A DNA stretch of 64,000 bases from Patescibacteria group bacterium (GTDB lineage Bacteria > Patescibacteriota > Microgenomatia > UBA8517): contig DASVCV010000001.1 in NCBI GenBank assembly GCA_036381415.1, positions 69,053-133,052 of the forward strand, given 5' to 3'. The notes under the pieces are model-generated. The model ran no database searches and had not been told where the DNA came from. It saw only the letters and a program-made list of their open reading frames with translations. Positions 47,606 to 54,471 of this stretch are shown in pieces. Within the stretch, counting starts at the first letter, position 1. Each line of letters begins with the position of its first letter. The position numbers and the translations under genes are program-made.

Positions 47606-47803
47606 TTATTTGTTCGTTTTTCTATTTTTACTACCACCATCGCATCCGCAGCTCGCGCATGATGAGCAGCTACCGCAGCTATTTGACCCACAAGCACAAT
47701 TGGAACAATTTCCACAGCTTTGTGCGCAATCGTCCTCATTGCCTGCTACAGGAATATTTTGGTGTGGTATGGCTTCAGTTAAGCTTCTTTCTTCTCTACT
47801 CAT
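47606..47803 (-). CDS. RiPP precursor peptide with Cys/Ser/Gly-rich core
   Basis: 65 aa. The leader is MSREERSLTEAIPHQNIPVAGNEDD and the core is CAQSCGNCSNCACGSNSCGSCSSCASCGCDGG. A strong SD (AAGGGGGTGA) sits 5 nt upstream of the ATG, and the stop is 45 nt upstream of ycaO. Confidence 0.6.
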   Translation of the reverse strand: MSREERSLTEAIPHQNIPVAGNEDDCAQSCGNCSNCACGSNSCGSCSSCASCGCDGGSKNRKTNK

Positions 47804-47840
47804 TCAACTCACCCCCTTTAGTACAAGACATGTGGATATC

Positions 47841-47869
47841 AATATATTCTTTGTTATAGGGTCTGTCAA
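47841..47869 (-). promoter_or_regulatory. sigma70-like promoter TTGACA-N17-TATATT for the precursor-ycaO-sagB operon
   Basis: Minus strand: TTGACA (47864..47869), a 17-nt spacer, then TATATT (47841..47846), ~37 nt upstream of the precursor ATG. Confidence 0.5.
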
Positions 47870-47934
47870 GAGTAGACAACTTTCAAAACTTGATTTATGG
47901 AGTAAGAGCCTAAGTAATGTTGGTTTATTTTACG

Positions 47935-49650
47935 TTATGGAGCTATTTCTCTCCAGATAACTCTGGTTCTTGTCAGGTCTCTTGGATATGAGAAAAGAAA
48001 GTCAGGAGCATATTGTATAAACTCTGCTGGTGTTGTTGTATTTAAGGCACCTAAATCTCTTTGAAGATTAATGCCAGATAACCCTGCTAAAGAGCCTCTA
48101 ATAGAAAGCTGACTGGCTCCTAGACCTGTTGAAATTACTCCATCTGCCAGAAACAATCCTTCAGCAGCAGGAGTTCCGGGATTGGAAGTAAGTGTAGGAT
48201 CAAAAATTATATTTCCTCCACTTCCTCCTGCATCTTTTCCTGCTATTGCCATGAAGAATCCATCTCCAACTTTTGAAACTCTAATGCTTGATGCAACTGT
48301 AAGATTTCCTCCTTTAACTAGGATTATGTATTTTCTAGAAGAATTAACATTAACATTTCCAGTTAAAGTTAGATCTCCATTTCTTCTAAACCAGACAAAT
48401 CCATGAGATGGGGTTCCGTTTGCTTGAAGGTATGCACCGCTAATTGAATCAGTTGGAATATCATTTACCTGAATATCTGATGGAATAAGTCCTTCAAAGT
48501 AAGCATAGTTATATGTTTTTCCCTGATATGTAGTATTGGTTAACCACTTCTTGGATGATACTGTTCCATTGGTTGCACCTGCTGAAAAGTCTGCAGTTGC
48601 TCCTCCATACGTAACTACTCCTGGAAAAGTTCCTGTTCCATCTAAGTTAAATGAAGGAATGCAGCCTGGAAGAGTACACGTGAGGGGAATTAAAGAAGTT
48701 AAATTTCCATTTGTAATTACATCTCCATCTTTTACCTGCCACCATGCTTTAGATGGGGCTACATTTACCGCTGTTTGTGCACTACACCTTATAGAGCCTC
48801 CCATTACTACTGAAGCACTCATAACTGTATTGCCTATTCCAACTCCTCTTACTGCTGTTCTAAATGGAGAAGAAGTTATAGGACTGGTTGCTGTTGCAAT
48901 TGCCGCATTTCCAGTATTGTAATCAATCTCAGAAATAGACCCGTTTGTAGTAGTTAGTGTTGGGGTAACACTAGTTTCACCTCCAACAAAGGCTTGTACT
49001 GATGGAGGAAGAGAGATTGTACATGTTGGTGGAGGAGGACAAAGACACGTACCTCCCTGATTTGTAAGACCAGGGGCGCAGCCACTACAAGTTCCGTAAG
49101 TAGAACAGGTTGCATCACAGTAATTTCCCTCACCATAGTTACATCTTGGATATCCAGTTGCTCCTGTATCCCAAGCACAGCCTGGAACATACCCACCACC
49201 ACAGCCAACATAGCTTTTAACACAAGACCCATTACCACAACAAATGTTGCTTTGAGCAGGATCACAATTAGATGCATTACAGCCTCCCCCACCTCCACCA
49301 CCAGGAGGAGTAGGTGTGGGACTAGAGCTTGCTATCCAGCATTTACCAGGGTTTGTTGTTGTACTACCTCCACAGTTACCGCTTCCATATTGTCCTGGAG
49401 AACAGCTAAAAGAAAAGGCAGTATAATCACACCATCCTCCCGACCCTGTTTCAAAATTACAGCTCACGTAACGGCAATTACTTGAAGGACCGTTGCATTG
49501 GTATATACCGCCTGGTATTGATGAGCAGACGTAATCATCTGTGCAAACATAGCAGGATTGAGCTTTCACTGGTTTGGGTAACAGCAATAAAACAAGTGAT
49601 AAAATTCCGAACAAAATGGAACCAAAAAGAAGATTTTTGTATATATGCAT
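47935..49650 (-). CDS. secreted Cys/Gly-rich protein (571 aa)
   Basis: N-terminal signal peptide (LFGSILFGILSLVLLLLPKPVKA) and an N-terminal half very rich in Cys/Gly/Ser/Thr with poly-Gly and PTPTPP tracts. The C-terminal half has beta-rich repeats. Confidence 0.5.
   Translation of the reverse strand: MHIYKNLLFGSILFGILSLVLLLLPKPVKAQSCYVCTDDYVCSSIPGGIYQCNGPSSNCRYVSCNFETGSGGWCDYTAFSFSCSPGQYGSGNCGGSTTTNPGKCWIASSSPTPTPPGGGGGGGCNASNCDPAQSNICCGNGSCVKSYVGCGGGYVPGCAWDTGATGYPRCNYGEGNYCDATCSTYGTCSGCAPGLTNQGGTCLCPPPPTCTISLPPSVQAFVGGETSVTPTLTTTNGSISEIDYNTGNAAIATATSPITSSPFRTAVRGVGIGNTVMSASVVMGGSIRCSAQTAVNVAPSKAWWQVKDGDVITNGNLTSLIPLTCTLPGCIPSFNLDGTGTFPGVVTYGGATADFSAGATNGTVSSKKWLTNTTYQGKTYNYAYFEGLIPSDIQVNDIPTDSISGAYLQANGTPSHGFVWFRRNGDLTLTGNVNVNSSRKYIILVKGGNLTVASSIRVSKVGDGFFMAIAGKDAGGSGGNIIFDPTLTSNPGTPAAEGLFLADGVISTGLGASQLSIRGSLAGLSGINLQRDLGALNTTTPAEFIQYAPDFLFSYPRDLTRTRVIWREIAP
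47936..47962. repeat. 27-bp direct repeat copy B
   Basis: Exact match to 43789..43815. It forms the last 8 codons plus stop of the 47935..49650 gene. Confidence 0.8.
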
Positions 49651-49721
49651 AACTATTTCATTATTGGTTTTTTTAGGAGAAAAATCAATGCCTTGATTTT
49701 ATAGGATAATGAAGAACGATA

Positions 49722-52007
49722 TTACTTATTTACGGTTATTCCAACACCGCCTCTAATGTCAATCCAGTCATTAAATTTTTGAGAAGCAAGGCTTAATAAT
49801 ATATCTGAATCGTCTATTGAACTTAATAGTTGCAGCTTTTGAGATAATTCTTCAAATCCAACCCCATTGTTTAATTTTAATTCTAAGACTTTGGCGTAAA
49901 GCTCTTTAGACAAGACAGGCTCGCCCACACCTATCATGATTTGATCGCCAGGTTTCAACATCGACAATAAGTTACTCCAGCTTATTGCCTGATCAGACTT
50001 TCCATCTGTTGAATAGGTTGGATCACCATAGCCCTCAGGTCTTTTAACATCAGAGTAATCTGGGAATAAAAATCTTACTTTGGAATAACCACCCTGAGAT
50101 GAAGGGACTATTGTACTGACTCCAATCCAATTTGTCCCATCTGGTTTTTGGACTTTTTCTCCACCTTTAACAAATATTACTCCTACGCCATACATTTTTA
50201 GATTAATATCTTTGACTTCAAATCTTAGGTGCGCTCCATATTGAGGTTTGACAAATTTACCATTAACCTGTTCAACAACTTTTTTACCTAATGGTGTAAC
50301 TGTAGCTTTCACACCCTCAATCTCGATTGAGCTTATATTCGTGCCTGATCCATTAACTTTTACATTTATATTTTCCGGTTGGCTGGAACTTCCTGCATCT
50401 GGATTTATTTTTGGACTAAATGGTGCTTCTTGAGGAACTTCAGTTGGTGCAATATCAGATAGAACATCTGAATCAGGATTTGCTAGAGGAATTGATCCGT
50501 TGTCTGCAAAAAGAACAAGAGGGCGGCCGTCTCTGGTTAGTTGAGCAAATGTCCAATCTCCTTCTACTGCATCAAATGTGGTTCCATTTTTACCCACTAC
50601 CCCTTTGACTATTTTCTTGAGTGCTTCAGTTACCTTAATTACTTTTGTAACAGTTTCAGGAATTCCTTTGAATTTTATGGGATCTACATATTTAAGCTGA
50701 TTGTCTTTTGCTCCAAAAAGGCCATTGTTGCCAAGGTATATATTTTTATTCTTTTCTGCATAATCAGTAAGAGATACTTTGTTTCCATCATTTAATCCCC
50801 AAACCCTTACAAGAGGATATACATAGATTTCTCCACTTGGAAGCTTGGTTGCTATATATTCAAGATTTAATTTGGCTCCCTGCTCTTTAGCAAATTTCAT
50901 GAAGGGAATTAAGCTTCCAACCATTTGTCCTAATGGAGAATCAGCTTCTAATAACATGGATCCTTCAATATTTATAAATAACTTGCCATCTTTTTGAACA
51001 AGTGGATTTGCTGGGATATTTATATCTTTAGAAATTGCAGCAAAGTCATCTGCTTTAACTTCATATGATTTAAGCAACCTATCCTGTTGGTCAGGAGTGA
51101 GTTTGATACGTGGAAGTGAAATTAAATTCTCAACTTCTCCAGGAGCAAATTCTTTTCCTCCAGCAAGTACAGGAAATGCATATGGAGCATTACTTTCCTG
51201 AATACTATTAGGACTTACTCTTTTTGAAAGATCAAATATTTTGTCTACATTTTTGGCAGCATTTATTCCTGGCCAAGGATCTCCACCTTTAAAATTTTCT
51301 GGAGCTGGAAGAGTTTTGGCAATAGACAGCAGGGTTGCTATTTCACCAATTTTAAATTCAAATGTTTGTGGTTGAGGTTTTCTTTGCTGTTCAGCGTAGG
51401 CCACTGATCCTGCTCCAACTGCTCCTGCTGTTGCAACTGCAACGGCTGCAGCTACTTTTTTATTGACTATGTGTTTTACAGCTGGACCTTCTTGAGGAAT
51501 AGATTGCAAAAATCTTTCTTTTGCATCTTCAATCTGGGCTTTTAACTGTCTTGTTTGAATAGCAGCTTCTGTGTTGTTTTTGCGTTTGTGTTTTAAGAAG
51601 TCTGAAATTTGCCCCAAATTTTCATCAACCTGGTCTAATTTTTTAACTGCATCCAATGCTTTTATTTCTTTGTCTGTCTCAGATATTTCAGTCTTTCCGA
51701 CTTGCTTTTGCACAGCTTTGGTAAACTCTGTGACTCTATCCAAGTCGCTTTGGTGGACTGTTATTACATCTGGGTTAATTGTGAGGTCGTGTGCTTCATA
51801 GAGCTTCTTACCTACAACTTCATTGCCTTCTCTTATTAGTTTGCTGTAGAGGCCAACATTATGCTGGATGGCAGCATCAAGATTCTGTCTCTTTTCTGCG
51901 AGACCTAATTCTTCAAGGGTTTTTGCCCTTCTTGATTGTTCTGATAGGTTTATCTGTTCTGCACTCATATCTTTTAAGTTTTTTACCTCTACTTGCTGAT
52001 CAGTCAT
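49722..52007 (-). CDS. large hypothetical membrane-anchored protein (761 aa)
   Basis: N-terminal coiled-coil region, one TM segment (VAAAVAVATAGAVGAG), and a large C-terminal domain with no recognised motifs. Confidence 0.45.
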   Translation of the reverse strand: MTDQQVEVKNLKDMSAEQINLSEQSRRAKTLEELGLAEKRQNLDAAIQHNVGLYSKLIREGNEVVGKKLYEAHDLTINPDVITVHQSDLDRVTEFTKAVQKQVGKTEISETDKEIKALDAVKKLDQVDENLGQISDFLKHKRKNNTEAAIQTRQLKAQIEDAKERFLQSIPQEGPAVKHIVNKKVAAAVAVATAGAVGAGSVAYAEQQRKPQPQTFEFKIGEIATLLSIAKTLPAPENFKGGDPWPGINAAKNVDKIFDLSKRVSPNSIQESNAPYAFPVLAGGKEFAPGEVENLISLPRIKLTPDQQDRLLKSYEVKADDFAAISKDINIPANPLVQKDGKLFINIEGSMLLEADSPLGQMVGSLIPFMKFAKEQGAKLNLEYIATKLPSGEIYVYPLVRVWGLNDGNKVSLTDYAEKNKNIYLGNNGLFGAKDNQLKYVDPIKFKGIPETVTKVIKVTEALKKIVKGVVGKNGTTFDAVEGDWTFAQLTRDGRPLVLFADNGSIPLANPDSDVLSDIAPTEVPQEAPFSPKINPDAGSSSQPENINVKVNGSGTNISSIEIEGVKATVTPLGKKVVEQVNGKFVKPQYGAHLRFEVKDINLKMYGVGVIFVKGGEKVQKPDGTNWIGVSTIVPSSQGGYSKVRFLFPDYSDVKRPEGYGDPTYSTDGKSDQAISWSNLLSMLKPGDQIMIGVGEPVLSKELYAKVLELKLNNGVGFEELSQKLQLLSSIDDSDILLSLASQKFNDWIDIRGGVGITVNK

Positions 52008-52177
52008 ATGGTTAAATTTATATTAATTATAACCACAAGGCAAGTGGCTTGACTTATAGTGGGAAATTATAACAACTTCTATCCTAAAGTCAAATATTAT
52101 AAGCTGTAACTTATACTTGAGCTTGATCCTAAATATCCTTATATATAGGTTATTTAGCTCAACAATATTTATGGCGT

Positions 52178-52200
52178 AAAAAAGCCGCCCTATTGGCGGC
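52178..52200 (-). terminator. rho-independent terminator (GCCGCC-aatag-GGCGGC + U6) on the minus strand
   Basis: 6-bp GC stem immediately followed by TTTTTT on the minus strand. It lies between the 49722..52007 gene start and the ORF-poor region. Confidence 0.5.
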
Positions 52201-53008
52201 TCCCGGCCTTACCCTTTTTTAGAGTAAGTAACCAACTTACAGCTGGTATATTTAATTGCATTCCGTATACTATTATACCATGTTTCTCAAACAGAAGAAT
52301 AACTTTGTGAACATTGAAGCAGACAAGACTTAAATGAATGAATCGTGACGTCAACAACTAATTTGACACACGTTAGGTTTAATAATATATTATAGGTTGC
52401 ATATTCTTAATGGATATATTTTTCTAAAAGCACGTTTACACAAGGTTCAAATCTTTACTGGTAAGACCATTATTCATTCTGCATAGTTGATATCTTGCCA
52501 ATAAAGACAAGAATCATACTCACCTCTTTTTTGAGGTAACTCCAGACCAGAAGCGGTCTGATAGTTACAACAATGAAAAGATCCTTGAAGGAACAGTCAG
52601 ACAGGCTAAATTGCCCAGATGGTGCAAAACCGCTTACTCTCACCCTGTGAGAGGAAAACTGTAGCGAAACAAGAAAACACCAAGAGTGGCAGAAGCTAGT
52701 CTAAACTCAAACCTTAAGCACGGCTTTAAAGCCAGTAGCCCAATAAAGGGAACCTGTAAGGATTTCTCCTTACGCAAGATCATCGATGAGGTGATAGTTG
52801 ACACAATACGACCAAAACGATGCTGCACGAGACACTGACAGCAGTACTAGTGACGTTCGAGATGCATGGCATGACGCACGTACTGATGCAGAAGATTCGG
52901 GATATCTCGACAGAGGTTCCGATTCTGGTAGCAGCGGACAAGGTGGAAGCGGTACTGATTCGACCGGAACCCATTCGGACGACTAAAGTCAGCCGCTGAC
53001 AACTGAAT

Positions 53009-53048
53009 CATTCGCACCAGGTATGCGTTTTACGCATACCTGCGAATG
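53009..53048 (+). other. long bulged hairpin (core GGTATGCG-TTTTA-CGCATACC)
   Basis: 8-bp perfect core stem extended by TTCGCA/TGCGAA pairing; it lies 40 nt upstream of the M16 peptidase gene. Confidence 0.4.
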
Positions 53049-53087
53049 GTATAAACATTTTTCATTGAGAATGTATATAATAACCCT

Positions 53088-54404
53088 ATGCAATATGATC
53101 TAAATGACCTTTTGATTAAGCCTTCTTCAAACGAAGAAGAGAAATATTGTAAAAAGTACAATATCCATATTAGAAGATTAGAAAACGGCGCTACTATTTT
53201 AGGGATCCCCTGTAAAAAAGACTTTACTTCTTGGGCTCAAATTAAATATGAATTTTTAGAGGGAGCTTATGGCAATAAACCAGGCAGTGTGCATCTTTTG
53301 GAACACTTTATAAACAAAAAAACAAAGCGTACTGCTAACGAAAACTCACTTAATATCGGTGCTTATACGAATTTAACTGAAATCGGAGAAGAAGTATCAG
53401 GCATTGCAAACCCGGCCGCCCTCGATTATGGAGTTTGGACAATTTTAGATCAGATTAGAAAGTCTCTCGAGTCTCCTTTAATAAATGTTGATAATATTGA
53501 AAAAACTCTAGAAACAGAGCGAGATGTCATAAAAGCAGAAATTCAAAAACGCGATAGCGACCAAAACTTTCAGATTAGCAAGCACTTTAACCATGTAGTT
53601 TTTTCTAAGGAAAATCCTCTACACGATGTTTCTTTAATAACTGGAACGGAAAAAGATTTGAATAAATTATCATCCGATATGTTAAAGGACATTGAAAGAA
53701 GGATTTTGATTGCTAAAAATCTTTTGATTAGCTTCTATACCGAAGGAGATCTTTCAATAGCAGATGTTATCGAAAAAGAGTTGGAAAATTCTTTTTCAGA
53801 CTTCCCAACAGATGAAAAAGAAGGATTAAATAGAAGATTGTTGGAAAAAATTAACCCCAACCTTTTGCCTGGCAGTACTTATTCCCAGGATTCAGGTATT
53901 AAAAATGGAATCATTACGACAGAATTTGTGTGGACCCTAAATCATAAATTTCCCTCTGATAAACATTTAGGTTTACTGCTCCTTTATAAAATAATCGCAA
54001 CTGAACTGTTTTTATATTCTAGAAAAATGGGTTGGGGTTATTTTACGGATACTATTTTAACCAGACCAACTAACAATTTAGTACTTTTAAGGTTAAGGAT
54101 TGATGCTAGGAAGGATAACCAAAAAGAATTATTAAAGGGTATAAAAGAAGTGCTGCTTTCTATAAAAAAGGTCAGCCAGTCGGTTGTTGAAAACGAAAAG
54201 AAAAGACAGAAAGCTATTCCAATAAATGCGGTTGCTAGACTCTCTTGGATAGTAAATGGAATTAAAGACTATGGTGCAATGATAGATGCAGATAAAGTTA
54301 GAGATAATAAATTAGGTGTAACACCGCAAATTTTAAATGAATTAGTGGATGAACTAATATCTATTCCACCCACAATAATTGTTACCGGAGACATAAATTA
54401 TTAA
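53088..54404 (+). CDS. M16-family (pitrilysin-like) zinc peptidase
   Basis: Inverted zinc motif HLLEH in the context GSVHLLEHFINKKTKRT (HxxEH...). Confidence 0.5.
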   Translation: MQYDLNDLLIKPSSNEEEKYCKKYNIHIRRLENGATILGIPCKKDFTSWAQIKYEFLEGAYGNKPGSVHLLEHFINKKTKRTANENSLNIGAYTNLTEIGEEVSGIANPAALDYGVWTILDQIRKSLESPLINVDNIEKTLETERDVIKAEIQKRDSDQNFQISKHFNHVVFSKENPLHDVSLITGTEKDLNKLSSDMLKDIERRILIAKNLLISFYTEGDLSIADVIEKELENSFSDFPTDEKEGLNRRLLEKINPNLLPGSTYSQDSGIKNGIITTEFVWTLNHKFPSDKHLGLLLLYKIIATELFLYSRKMGWGYFTDTILTRPTNNLVLLRLRIDARKDNQKELLKGIKEVLLSIKKVSQSVVENEKKRQKAIPINAVARLSWIVNGIKDYGAMIDADKVRDNKLGVTPQILNELVDELISIPPTIIVTGDINY

Positions 54405-54471
54405 TTAATTGTGAAGGGGCTCTTTGGATTTTGGCCTCATTTAATCTCAGTCCTGATTTTAAAACCTATAG

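Noticed and set aside
43816-47935. Integrase, recombinase or transposase inside the repeat-bounded cassette
   Set aside because: All five ORFs were inspected. None shows tyrosine/serine recombinase or DDE motifs. The mobility inference rests on the repeats alone.
47523-47960. Plus-strand ORFs 47523..47960 and 47659..47859 overlapping the precursor peptide locus
   Set aside because: Both are antisense to the SD-preceded precursor ORF and its promoter. They have a Leu/Pro/Gln-rich low-complexity translation caused by reading the Cys/Ser codons backwards.
52798-52986. Acidic D/S/G-rich 62-aa ORF (TTG start) as a second precursor peptide
   Set aside because: It has a non-ATG start and no SD. 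An alternative 59-aa ATG-initiated frame overlaps it, and there are no modifying enzymes adjacent. The two frames cannot be told apart without expression data, so it is not called as a feature.
52200-53050. RNase P RNA, tmRNA or SRP RNA in the ORF-poor GC-rich gap
   Set aside because: I searched by eye on both strands for the P4 consensus (GGAAAGUCCGG / ACAGAACCCGGCUUA), the tmRNA T-arm/acceptor end (GGUUCGAnUCC...ACCA) and the SRP helix-8 (GGAAGCAG) and found none. The region stays flagged as unknown.
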